DNA of 51,156 bases, from contig JBBSYO010000017.1 of assembly GCA_038045185.1 (NCBI GenBank), positions 1 to 51,156 on the forward strand, given 5' to 3'. Under the pieces are notes generated by a model. The model was not told where the DNA came from. It did not search any database and worked only from the letters and a program-made list of their open reading frames with translations. Within the stretch, counting starts at the first letter, position 1; each line of letters begins with the position of its first letter. Source of the DNA: Nanobdellota archaeon. Its GTDB lineage: Archaea; Nanobdellota; Nanobdellia; Pacearchaeales; GW2011-AR1. This document shows, piece by piece, positions 9,701 to 18,390 of this stretch. The position numbers were made by a program, and so were the translations under genes.

Positions 9701-12413
9701 GAGCAATCCCAAGATACAATATTACGAGAGTGAGCCATACAAAGGCATGCCTGCGGTTGTGCCGTTTGATGTTGAACAGGGGTGGTATGCGGGGACACGG
9801 CAGACGCTTGCAGGATTTGGAAATGTGAAGGCGTTTCAATCTTCTGGGAGACCGACGAGCTTTTGGGTGTGCAATGTGGGCGGAGACCATGAAATTGATT
9901 TCTTTGTTTCTGGGTTTGACGACGATGAATGCCAGCAATTCAATGTTGAGACAGGCGCTCCTTTGGATAGCTTTGCGTGCTTAGACGAGAGAGGAACGAA
10001 GCGTCTAGTTGACAGAGCGGTGCGTGCTTTGCAAGATGCAGCGCAGCAGCGCAAAGATGGCTCGCGGTTTGCACGCATCGAGGGACAGACGATTGAGATA
10101 GGCAATCCTGCAATGAATTTGCCTGGGACACAATGCCAGGACTTTATGAGTCCTAGTGATTGCAAGTTGCTTTTTAACGTGTGCGACCCTGTGATTTGTC
10201 CAGCGAGCCGTTGCAATCTTGGCGGAGCGTATAATGTGCCTGATGTTATTCAGAGCGGCATTGCTGGAAGTGCTTTATTGTGTTTGCCTAATATTCGAGA
10301 GGGAATTGCAGTGCCTGTGTGCTTGACTGGAATTAAGGCAGGCATTGATGGATATTTATCTATTTTGAAGTCATACCAGTCATGTTTGCAGGAAAGTCAG
10401 ATAAGCGGGCAGTATGTTGGCATTTGTGATGAAGTGACTGCAGTGTATATGTGCGAGTTCTTCTGGAGACAGGCGGCACCGGTAGCGAATGTGCTGCTGC
10501 CAAAACTTGTGCAATTTGCGTATGGGCAGGGGCAGGCGCGCGGAGGAGGGGAGTATCTTACGACACAGAGCGCGTGGGACAATGCGCAGGCTTCTGTGAA
10601 TTACTTTACTCAAAGTTACGCTGTCAATTCTTTGCAGGCGTTTAATATACGTTCGATCGAGGAGGCAGGAACGCCATTTTGCCGTGCTTTTGTGTCGGCT
10701 ACAGCGCCAAGCAAGATTGATGCATTGATTGAGCCAGACAGTCCGCCGCAGTTCCATGCCTGGTTTAGCACGATACCTTATAGTGATGCGACAGTGCCTG
10801 CGACTGCGCAGTATAAGGTGTTCTATCACATTTTTGCAGGAAATGACAGAGGCGTGAGTTATAGTGTTTATTTGAAAGACCCGCCTGCTACTTCGTATTA
10901 TCAGACGACGCCGATTGTAGTTGTGGCGAGCAACTTTGTGCCGCGCGGTCAGGCAGCGAGTGAGACGCGGGACTTTACTGCACCGACAGGATATCAACAG
11001 TTATGCGTGCGCATTGATGATAAAGAAGAGTGCGGATTTAAGCAGGTGAGCACGAGCTTTGCTGTTGACTATGTGAGAGACCAGTTTGCTTCTGATGAAA
11101 TTAATCAACGTGATATTACGAGTGAGAAAGAGTGCGTTTCAGGGAGAGTTAATCCTATGGCTTTGCTGAATCCGAATGTGCAGGAAGCTGCGCAGGAAGC
11201 AATTGACCCTGCCGTATATAATCGCGGGGTAACACGCATTTGTGCGACTGCTAATCCTGGTAGGAATACAGACCCGAGCAGGTTTTTGGATGTTGGGTCG
11301 TGCGGAGAGACGCGCGTGCGATGCTGGCTTGATGTGCAGAGTGTTGATAGAGCTATTAGCGTGGAGAATGCAGGTGTGCGGAATGCGACGTTGAGTGAAT
11401 TTCAGAACGATGTTCGTGTGCAGTTGGGCAATCAGACAAAGTATCTTTATGGCGAAGGAGAAAATAAACTGATTGAGGCGTTAGAAATAAGTGTTGCTGA
11501 TTTTGAAAAAAATGCTAAATCCTTGCTTGAGCCTGGTCGCACTCAACAAAGCAGAATTTTGGCAGAAGAAGCTGATAAATTATACGATAAAGTGCTCTTG
11601 CCTAATTTGAAGGCGCATCTTATTGTGCTGCGCGGACGCGTGTATGAAGCGGTGGCAAGGACATTACATTTGCCATTAGCTGAAACATCTACGCAAGCTT
11701 CTGGAGGTGATGTTGGGGCTGTTGCTGCTTCTGCTGATGCTGTGCGGCTTGAGAAAGCTTACACGCCTCGTTATAGAATTTCATTTGTTATTAACGGAAA
11801 AAATGTTTCTGAATTGTATGTTGAAGGGTCGTCTATTAAATTGGCAAGCGGTCTAACGCCTGAACCCCTGGGGGTTATTGGAGCTTACGGGATAATTACT
11901 TTCTTGCCTGGGACTGTGAATAATGTTAATCTTCAGGCGTTGTCGCGTCAGACAGGTATTGATTTATACCGCACGCTTAACGGGGCGAGTTTACAAGATG
12001 GAAATGTTGAGCTTGTGCTTGGGAGTGATGGCGTTGTGATGGCGTGTCGCGTGGAGTTTATGCAGGGTGGAGTTGTAAATGTAAGCGGCACGTTTGGGCT
12101 TGAGGATTTAGAAATTGTGTTTATTGGATGTGATGATTATCTTAAAAAGTCCGAAGTTGTGGTTACGTTTATTCCGCAGGATCCTCTTGGACAATCTGTT
12201 AGGCTTGAGCCCTTTGCGTATGATAACGCTGTTTGTAATTATCGCGTGAGCTTGACGAGCGTCACGAATAATGTTTTTCCAGGCATTGGGACGCTGCGTG
12301 TAGAATTGCAGAACCGTCAAGGTGTAATTGCAGAGGGCAGTTTTGAGATTGAAGGCGTAAGGGACGGTGAGACGCCCACAGGAATTTTAATTTACGGAGA
12401 TAACTGCCCATAA
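6729..12413 (+). CDS. giant secreted Cys-rich protein (1894 aa), function unknown
   Basis: N-terminal signal peptide, ATGA coupling to the upstream gene, many Cys clusters and a central coiled-coil region. Confidence 0.85.
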   Translation: MKAIFAWGLLVCVLILMSASAFAATGFSGVQTGSARFVQYQQSPDLQRYYGSQQQEYWPILGNTNETCRARQDLLIQVAPIGCQPAVVRSDLLAEQNVPVFCQIDALRLNPLLDIKQIRSIGFSSRSYPKEISGVSFHPARAALRTNSQLLGDPFLNNIGYAVVLLKRVPNETGLPDFVNFTVQARIEYNANNAFGVGESVMLLEPVSDEEWLSERNKNSFLKGKYFVRLESVDAEQAVVSFYEGDRRVNRVTVRRGEKSNSGLYIPGSYCQGEVRVVYEGSELPKPSVRLQVDDDVLSLYEGASFLNNKCRVNKLRASNSSGGEVEISCGSEKFVLRIAPRELQKGDSVYRFVDGAVNTSDGVWIIDNVKKDNSGEINYTLKQKDKSDIIINANEVRPASDGVLYEAEHSGELKVAYDHAIAQYQRVAELYPDEKSTKSELEGVSRFGEYALSRAISLAELMGKERSAVELMNSYIGKYPDGGRASEYALTLNSHYQYDLRNAVTVVDVDGATPSTLRLLSVEQPRQTSRASFSFAGRPIPDVPLGASITLTNGKNMTLDKIEKESASVTVYCPEERKRSVSLRLDETQSLCGGVLKLEDVESASVARIRLLPGSVRGVGIETNVTIGVGIEKRAFKLTPEKTNERLEELNKTIKRWDQLSTNLGNVVKGMKAACFATAGVLTVKNFVTGLSGEALARKNVMQGPNGWTEWCGKAVNGQIAGVSYESVGQCYSAKSVDIQRDVESMTRKIAAENKRIKDIESSSDISSSDGLFGERVDGTAAAARYADSFDASTKNTQITLANGQNKTIGELTSEQNEKRYATYEETKEMQLYASVLNDASSSNVAKDAARERLKRVGGLVNERVNVQGSRDSWSQSAGTQVEIFTSKDSVNAHYYGQTLGQKDYGLSFDVANNLSADTPVQVVGVEQNGVVKPYLAVLQDSGDGVYGAKEYYELNKDTLQVTNSSPVFLPNSRIGTFSKLDQTTCFNKMSNPKIQYYESEPYKGMPAVVPFDVEQGWYAGTRQTLAGFGNVKAFQSSGRPTSFWVCNVGGDHEIDFFVSGFDDDECQQFNVETGAPLDSFACLDERGTKRLVDRAVRALQDAAQQRKDGSRFARIEGQTIEIGNPAMNLPGTQCQDFMSPSDCKLLFNVCDPVICPASRCNLGGAYNVPDVIQSGIAGSALLCLPNIREGIAVPVCLTGIKAGIDGYLSILKSYQSCLQESQISGQYVGICDEVTAVYMCEFFWRQAAPVANVLLPKLVQFAYGQGQARGGGEYLTTQSAWDNAQASVNYFTQSYAVNSLQAFNIRSIEEAGTPFCRAFVSATAPSKIDALIEPDSPPQFHAWFSTIPYSDATVPATAQYKVFYHIFAGNDRGVSYSVYLKDPPATSYYQTTPIVVVASNFVPRGQAASETRDFTAPTGYQQLCVRIDDKEECGFKQVSTSFAVDYVRDQFASDEINQRDITSEKECVSGRVNPMALLNPNVQEAAQEAIDPAVYNRGVTRICATANPGRNTDPSRFLDVGSCGETRVRCWLDVQSVDRAISVENAGVRNATLSEFQNDVRVQLGNQTKYLYGEGENKLIEALEISVADFEKNAKSLLEPGRTQQSRILAEEADKLYDKVLLPNLKAHLIVLRGRVYEAVARTLHLPLAETSTQASGGDVGAVAASADAVRLEKAYTPRYRISFVINGKNVSELYVEGSSIKLASGLTPEPLGVIGAYGIITFLPGTVNNVNLQALSRQTGIDLYRTLNGASLQDGNVELVLGSDGVVMACRVEFMQGGVVNVSGTFGLEDLEIVFIGCDDYLKKSEVVVTFIPQDPLGQSVRLEPFAYDNAVCNYRVSLTSVTNNVFPGIGTLRVELQNRQGVIAEGSFEIEGVRDGETPTGILIYGDNCP

Positions 12414-12484
12414 TAGAACTTTAGGGGATTAGGCTAAAAATTGGAAAAAATTAGGGCTTGGGGTTTTGAGGCGCAGGAATTGCG

Positions 12485-13243
12485 CTATTTGAAGTCGTCG
12501 TGTATAAGTTCTCCAATAATATCAGTTATAGCGTTTTGTGCTGGTTCTACGACTTTGGGCTTGGCTTGGAGGCGCGCGCCTTCTTGTCCAAGGTATACTT
12601 CTCCATCTCTCAATTCCATTACTCTTGCCTTGTAATTAGGCACGAGTGCTCCACCAACGATGAGGGCTACTGTTTCTTTTCCATCGAGTGAAGTTACGCA
12701 ATAGCGTACATTTTGAAATCTTTCCTCTTTTCCATCTGCGAATGGCATGTGTAACATAGGTACTGTGAATTTACCTAAGTCGAAATCACTTATTGGTTCG
12801 TTTCCTGCTGTAGAGGAACGTGTGACGGGTATGTTTGTGCGTACGCCTTTTACTGTAGGATCTAGGATGAATGCGGTGAATGTGTTTTTAGGTTCGGTAA
12901 ACATTACGCCTTTATTATATTCGCTATCGAGAATATAAGGCTCGGCTTCTGAGGCACGCACAGCAAGATATGGGAATATATTTTCTTGCGGGATATCTTT
13001 GCCTCCGACAGACACATTATGCTCGAAGTCGGGTCGTTTAAGAAATACATAGTGGTCGTGACCGATTTTAGTTTGTTTGACTTCTAAGCCGCTTAGGTCT
13101 CTTTCTGTAACTGCTCGAGAAGTATACCTGTTAAATGCGTTGGTTTCGTAATTTCGCGAGGGGTGCGTGTTGGAACTGGCACAACCAAGCAAACCTGCGC
13201 CTAATGATGCGGCGGCAACCAATGAAACTAATGTTTTTCCCAT
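12485..13243 (-). CDS. putative lipoprotein
   Basis: Hydrophobic leader ending in the lipobox-like LLGC. Confidence 0.7.
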   Translation of the reverse strand: MGKTLVSLVAAASLGAGLLGCASSNTHPSRNYETNAFNRYTSRAVTERDLSGLEVKQTKIGHDHYVFLKRPDFEHNVSVGGKDIPQENIFPYLAVRASEAEPYILDSEYNKGVMFTEPKNTFTAFILDPTVKGVRTNIPVTRSSTAGNEPISDFDLGKFTVPMLHMPFADGKEERFQNVRYCVTSLDGKETVALIVGGALVPNYKARVMELRDGEVYLGQEGARLQAKPKVVEPAQNAITDIIGELIHDDFK

Positions 13244-13310
13244 TGTTGATTCTCTCAGATTTCGTTTTTAAACCTTTTCATGCATTTTTGTTGCTTATGA
13301 GTAACGTAAA

Positions 13311-13586
13311 TTAGATGAAGCTTACGATGCCCTTTGCCATGAGGAGAAGCGCGAGTATCCAGAGAATGAAACTCCAGGGCGTGACGAACATGGCGATAAG
13401 CAGTGTAGCTGATGCGAGGAGGTCTATTATGCTTAGCGGCTCTCCTGTTAATATGAAGAGACCCTTAAGAAAGAGCAGTCCTGCACAGAACAATAACAGG
13501 GAAGTGTAAGGTGTTAGTCCGAATATTATAAGGAGCAGTGTGATAGCTGCGAGTATGTCGAGTGCGCCGAGTAGCCTTACTAACAT
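13311..13586 (-). CDS. small integral membrane protein
   Basis: Almost entirely hydrophobic 91 aa with an internal repeat (LD.LA..TLL / LL..KG). Confidence 0.75.
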   Translation of the reverse strand: MLVRLLGALDILAAITLLLIIFGLTPYTSLLLFCAGLLFLKGLFILTGEPLSIIDLLASATLLIAMFVTPWSFILWILALLLMAKGIVSFI

Positions 13587-13690
13587 AAAATTGGCTGGCG
13601 TTGGGGTTTATTAAGATTTATATTCGGGTATATTGTTGCATCTTCGGGTGTTTCGAAAAGGGTTAAAAAGTAGGTTTTCTTTGTGTATGG

Positions 13691-14326
13691 ATGGAAGAAT
13701 TTTTTGTTAAGTCTCTTGAGGAAGATTTTGTCTCTAAAACTCTCGATGGTAAAAATAAAGCGCCCTTTCAATCTATTGAGTCTATGGTCAAAACTAGGGT
13801 AATAAAACCCAATACGAAAAGTTTTGGAAGAAAACGAAGACTTGCATGCACAATATTGAGCGAGAATTATATCAAGACTTACCGCCCCCAGGGCATAATA
13901 TTTCAGACTCGCAATAAGCCAGATTATGTTGCTCCCTTCGATTTAGTTTTATTAAGCAATGCTAAAAAGATAATAGTGCATTATTATAGGATTAAAAATG
14001 ATTTACACTTATACTATAATCATAATCTTATTCCAGGCTATGAGAAGTTTATATTTAAAAATTTTGCAGATATGCTAAAAGAATTTCCTTCTCCCAAGGC
14101 TGCATGGAAGCAGGTTAATAATTTTAGAATTAAGAACGGCAATGGTCCATTACCAAGAGAGAAGTATCGTTTAGTTGAATATAATGAAGTTATTTTTCAT
14201 AGTCCTGTCAAAATAAAACCAATAGGGCTTTTTGGATATCGGCCTGAAGCAAGAGTGATGGCAAGGAAGTTAGGTTTGCCATGCTTTATTTCGGCAAAGG
14301 AATTTTATCATAGCTTGAATAGATGA
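13691..14326 (+). CDS. hypothetical protein (AT-rich accessory gene)
   Basis: Clean 211 aa ORF with a TATA-like GTTAAAAA upstream. Confidence 0.75.
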   Translation: MEEFFVKSLEEDFVSKTLDGKNKAPFQSIESMVKTRVIKPNTKSFGRKRRLACTILSENYIKTYRPQGIIFQTRNKPDYVAPFDLVLLSNAKKIIVHYYRIKNDLHLYYNHNLIPGYEKFIFKNFADMLKEFPSPKAAWKQVNNFRIKNGNGPLPREKYRLVEYNEVIFHSPVKIKPIGLFGYRPEARVMARKLGLPCFISAKEFYHSLNR

Positions 14327-14327
14327 G

Positions 14328-14485
14328 TGCGGGGAATAGTCCTCGCGGACTAATCTTGACTTTCTCTCGCTGCGGGCTTTTTCGCTTTGCCACTGCGCAA
14401 AGGATAAACTTCTTCTCTTGCTGCGCGGTTCCTCGTCTCGGACTGCGGACCTGCTCGCTACGGAAGAAGTTTATGCGGGGAATAG
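14328..14485. repeat. 12-bp direct repeat of the tRNA-Leu 3' end enclosing a 134-bp GC-rich hairpin insert
   Basis: TGCGGGGAATAG at 14328-14339 and 14474-14485. Internal stems AAACTTCTTC/GAAGAAGTTT and GTCC/GGAC. Confidence 0.75.
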
Positions 14486-14557
14486 GATTCGAACCTATGT
14501 AAGCACTAAGCTACTTGGTCCTAAGCCAAGCCCGTTTGACCGCTCCGGCATCCCCGC
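14474..14557 (-). tRNA. tRNA-Leu(TAG)
   Basis: GCGGGGA/TCCCCGC acceptor, anticodon arm CTTGG-CTTAGGA-CCAAG, long variable arm, T-loop TTCGAAT. Confidence 0.95.
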
Positions 14558-14639
14558 GGCATCTTTCAAGAATTTGCAGGGTTTTAAAGGTTTAGCTTGT
14601 TTTCCTATAATTTTTTAAACCCTGCTTATTTAAATTTTC

Positions 14640-15410
14640 ATGGGGTCTCAATCTTTTGAAAGAAATGGTTTGGAAAATGGTTACTCATTCAGACCGCGCG
14701 CATCCAACGGCAGTGTTGGAACGATAGAGGGACGCAGATATGCTGAAGAGCGCGATGCTTTAACTGCAAAAATAGCGGATTACGATGTTCGCATAGTTAA
14801 ATCTGTTTCAGATGGAAGACCTATGTCTGCTCTTGCTTATTGCCGCTGGAGAAATCATTATCAGCATGCTTTTGAATCCTGCAGAAATGCTTTCATTGAG
14901 GCAAATATTCCTTTAGTGCTTTATACGTTTGCTAGATGGATCCGCAGGCAAGGAGGAATTTCAAGGGGGCTGAATTCAGATGAAATTTTATTAGACGCGC
15001 ACCCTACGCTTGTCCGCGCAGCAAATTTGTTTAATCCTGCGAAAGGGCGTTTTTCTACTTATTGCGTTCCTGCTCTGTTAAGAACGTTTGACCGCAAGAA
15101 CAAGAGGGAAGAGAGGTTAATGTCGCGCAGAACCCCTCTTAATGAGACGCCTGATTCATCTACCTGCTCACCTTATCAGCAAGCGGTTGATGCAGAAGAG
15201 AGGACGAATAGACGAATGCTTGTGCAACGTGCGTTTGGCTGCTTATCTCCTCAAGAAATGGAATTGATATCTCTACGTTTCGGAGTTAATCCAGGCAATC
15301 AACGACTTACTCACCGGCAAATTGGAAATTCGTGGGGCTTGGCGCATCAACGAGCTTGGCAGGTGGAAAGAAACGCTCTTGCTAAGCTTAGAAGTGAGAT
15401 AAATGGCTGA
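14640..15410 (+). CDS. sigma-70 family-like protein (regions 2 and 4)
   Basis: FIEANIPLV...LVRAANLFNPAKGRFSTY matches region 2. LSPQEMELISLRFG..LTHRQIG..GL...RAWQVERNALAKLR matches the region 4 HTH. Confidence 0.85.
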   Translation: MGSQSFERNGLENGYSFRPRASNGSVGTIEGRRYAEERDALTAKIADYDVRIVKSVSDGRPMSALAYCRWRNHYQHAFESCRNAFIEANIPLVLYTFARWIRRQGGISRGLNSDEILLDAHPTLVRAANLFNPAKGRFSTYCVPALLRTFDRKNKREERLMSRRTPLNETPDSSTCSPYQQAVDAEERTNRRMLVQRAFGCLSPQEMELISLRFGVNPGNQRLTHRQIGNSWGLAHQRAWQVERNALAKLRSEING

Positions 15411-15444
15411 TTCGTTGAATGCAATGGTTGGCGTTCTGGATTCT

Positions 15445-16162
15445 TCAGCCATAATTATTCGTCCTTTTTCTTTTTTTAGTCCATATCTTGAAAATGTCAG
15501 GTCTTACTTCGCCCCTTATATCTGGAACATACGTATGTCCTGCTTCAACTTCGTTTTCTAATTCTCTTCTTTCTTGATTTACTTGCGTTACCAACCTTGA
15601 AAATCCGTCCCCCCCGCTATTCCTCGCATCTGTTTGGGCAGGATGTTTATTTTTTAAGAGCGTTTCTCTGACCATCTCATCAAAATGCGTTTTATTCGGC
15701 AATTTGCCTTCTGTTTTGTTATATTCGCTTAATGCCTGAAACATTTTATGGAAATCTCCTGTGAATTCATAACCTGTCTGCGTTAATGCCAAACTTATAC
15801 ACTCTAAAGTCTGAATATCACGTCGAGTTGCTGCATAAGGCGCGGTCGATCTTACTATTGATTTGATGTCAGAAATGCTGGTTCAAACCGCGCCCTTTAG
15901 GGCGCCGCATTTCTGAGCATCCAAAAGTCCACACAAACCACACCCCTTAGGGTGTGGTAAAACTCATGGACTTTTTGATATTTGCTATTTGATAATGGGC
16001 AGGCAGTCTGTTAAATTGTTTTTTTTGATATGCTCTATCGATTATACCTGTGAGGATTTCCAAAGCGCTATCTTGATTAGAATATACTTTAGAAACTCTT
16101 CTAGCAAATTCGTGCAGCCTTGATATTTCTCCTGGTTTATTGAACCATTTTTCTTTATGCAT
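15445..16162 (-). pseudogene. hypothetical gene (about 201 aa) split by a 112-bp palindromic insertion
   Basis: Deleting 15868-15979 fuses ORFs 15947-16174 and 15445-15792 in frame (..QIANIKSIVRSTAPYAATRRDIQTLECISLALTQ..). Confidence 0.75.
15868..15979. mobile_element. nested-hairpin element (family B)
   Basis: TCAGAAATGC..GCATTTCTGA followed by CAAAAGTCC..GGACTTTTTG, each with an inner CCYTTAGG hairpin. Shares an identical 23-mer with 38445 and 51088. Confidence 0.85.
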
Positions 16163-16222
16163 AGAAATTGTCAAAAATTCTACTATATAAAGTTTCCCAT
16201 GTTATCACTTTTAAGAAGTGTT

Positions 16223-17176
16223 TTATTTCTTCTTGGCTTCTGGAGCTGAAGCAGCAGCCGTAGCTTTCTTTTGCTCGAATTCCTTGAGTTTGTCTTCGAT
16301 GCCAAGTCGTTCTATTAGTTCCTTGTACCTGTTTCTTATTGTGACTTCGGTGATGCCTGCGACGTCTGCAACTTCTCTCTGCGTGCGTTTTTCGTTGTTT
16401 AGGAGAGCTGCAACGTAGAGCGCTGCTGCTGCAATGCCTGCTGGTCCTCTTCCGGATGTAAGCTCAGAGATGTCTGCCTTGGCTAATATTTTGAGCGCTT
16501 CGTTTTGCACTTTGGGAGAGAGATGTAAAATTGAGGAGAATCTTGATATGTAGTCTTTAGGCGATGAAGGAGGCACTTTGATGCCCAGCTTGCGAATCAT
16601 GAATCTATACGTGCGTCCAATTTCTTTTCGTGCGACATCCGAAGTTGCTGCGATTTCGTCTAATGTGCGCGGAATGTTGTAGGAACGGCAGGCGGCGTAA
16701 ATGCATGCGGCGATAACAGATTCCATTGACCTGCCCCGGACAAGGCCTCTTTGCAGGACGAAGTTGTATACGCGGGCAGCCTCATCGCGCACGACGCTCG
16801 GGAGATTTAGGAACGACGTTTCCCGACGGAGTTCTGCCATAGCAAGTCTGAGATTGCGTTCGATAGAAGTGGAAACACGCTCCTGCCATTTTTTTAGGCG
16901 CAGGAATTTGCGCGTTTGACCGTGGTCGAGCCGATAGATATCTGAGATTTCTCCGACGTTTGTTGTGAGCCCCTTGTCAAATTTCTGCACTGATAATGGC
17001 GCGCCCGAACGGCCTCTTTTTTCGCCCTTGTCAAATTGACCTCCGCCTTCCTGACCAGTGTCAACCATTTTTTCTTCAATAATCAAGCCGCAATCGTTGC
17101 AAATAATCTCTCCTTTTTGGTCATCGTAAGTGAGATTAATGCTAGAACATTCCGGGCAACGTTTAACGTATGTCAT
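16223..17176 (-). CDS. tfb: transcription initiation factor IIB
   Basis: CPEC..CNDCG Zn ribbon, cyclin repeats with RGRS/GRGP, and TQREVADVAGITEVTIRNRYKEL. Confidence 0.97.
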   Translation of the reverse strand: MTYVKRCPECSSINLTYDDQKGEIICNDCGLIIEEKMVDTGQEGGGQFDKGEKRGRSGAPLSVQKFDKGLTTNVGEISDIYRLDHGQTRKFLRLKKWQERVSTSIERNLRLAMAELRRETSFLNLPSVVRDEAARVYNFVLQRGLVRGRSMESVIAACIYAACRSYNIPRTLDEIAATSDVARKEIGRTYRFMIRKLGIKVPPSSPKDYISRFSSILHLSPKVQNEALKILAKADISELTSGRGPAGIAAAALYVAALLNNEKRTQREVADVAGITEVTIRNRYKELIERLGIEDKLKEFEQKKATAAASAPEAKKK

Positions 17177-17283
17177 CGACGAGAGATATGAAAAGATTTA
17201 AAAATGGTTGTCGAGATGACTATTTAAAGCTTTGGGGCTTTATAAAGGGGCTTTGCCTGCTGGCGCGTACGAATATACTTTCT

Positions 17284-17643
17284 TTATTTGATGAGAACGG
17301 CATTAATTTGACCTTCTTGTGATGGTCTGTTTGTTATTCTGGCCTTGCCGAGAGGAGTTTCGATGATTGCGCCCTTCATTAGGCGGTTTGAACGCGCAAG
17401 GAACTTGTTTTGAGGAGTTTCAATAACGTTTACGACGTCTGTTTTTTGTATCTTTTTGCCATCACTCACGTTGGCGATGTTTGAGTTGAGCAGAATCTGC
17501 TTTAAGGCTCCGCCTTTTACGCGAAGCTGCTTGCTTTTGTGCTCGCCGAGTGTGACGTGGCGTTCCTGATTGCGCCGTTCGTAGAATCGGGACTTGCGAT
17601 TTGCATGATATTTTGCACCGCTTGTTTTACGACCTTTGTTCAT
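17284..17643 (-). CDS. rps8e: 30S ribosomal protein S8e
   Basis: KGAIIETPLGKARITNRPSQEGQINAVL C-terminal signature. Confidence 0.93.
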   Translation of the reverse strand: MNKGRKTSGAKYHANRKSRFYERRNQERHVTLGEHKSKQLRVKGGALKQILLNSNIANVSDGKKIQKTDVVNVIETPQNKFLARSNRLMKGAIIETPLGKARITNRPSQEGQINAVLIK

Positions 17644-17716
17644 AATTGATGTTTTGTTAGAGGGTTTAAATAGCTTTTGGGAGAAGGGTTTGTTTGCGCG
17701 GGTTTGAGTTTTATTT

Positions 17717-18292
17717 CTACGTAATCTTATCTTTTGCGCTAATATCTCTTTTTAATAAATTAAGTAGTTCTAATAAAGAATCCCCTAAATTTTTACGAGA
17801 GAAAATTAGGTCGTTTTCTAATTTCCATCCAACACCCATGGATGGAAACCAGATAGGTCTGGCTATTTGTCTCTCTTTTTTTCCAGAGGTCTGAAACTTA
17901 GCTAGTGGAATTCTAAGTTTTGTAAAATTAGTTAATGTCTCTGCTAGCTTTTTTCTCGTTTCGTCTCCAATTCTATCGTTAATTTTTTCTATCCGTTCGT
18001 CTATTGATCTAACCAATTCATAAGCTCCAATTACCCATAATCTAGAAACAACAAAATGTCTATTTCTTTTTAGCAAATCCTGTTCTGATTGATATTTAGC
18101 ATTCAAATTTGCATATTCTTCAACTAACTCTGCGTCCAGCATTCCTAATCCCTGTGCGTCAATAATCATAAATGGCTCTATTTGTGCTAAACAGAACGAA
18201 CTATTAATCCATTCGCTCCATCTGTTAGTATCCATTACAATTGTCCCCGTACTCTCTAAAATCAATTTGATTCTATTTAAGAACATTTCCAA
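17717..18292 (-). CDS. hypothetical helical protein (AT-rich accessory)
   Basis: Clean ORF with the motif SRLWVIGAYE..LRIPLAK. The start may be the ATG at 18286. Confidence 0.7.
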   Translation of the reverse strand: MEMFLNRIKLILESTGTIVMDTNRWSEWINSSFCLAQIEPFMIIDAQGLGMLDAELVEEYANLNAKYQSEQDLLKRNRHFVVSRLWVIGAYELVRSIDERIEKINDRIGDETRKKLAETLTNFTKLRIPLAKFQTSGKKERQIARPIWFPSMGVGWKLENDLIFSRKNLGDSLLELLNLLKRDISAKDKIT

Positions 18293-18390
18293 TATTTAAC
18301 ATGTGGATATTAAGTATAACGGGAATCATTTAGTTGAAACTTGTCTTGCAACACAACAAGCTTTAAATAGTGAAAGAATTGAAAGTGTTT

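Noticed and set aside
15868-15979. Canonical bulge-helix-bulge intron
   Set aside because: No clear 3-4-3 BHB pairing between the two junctions could be drawn by eye. Kept only as a testable alternative.
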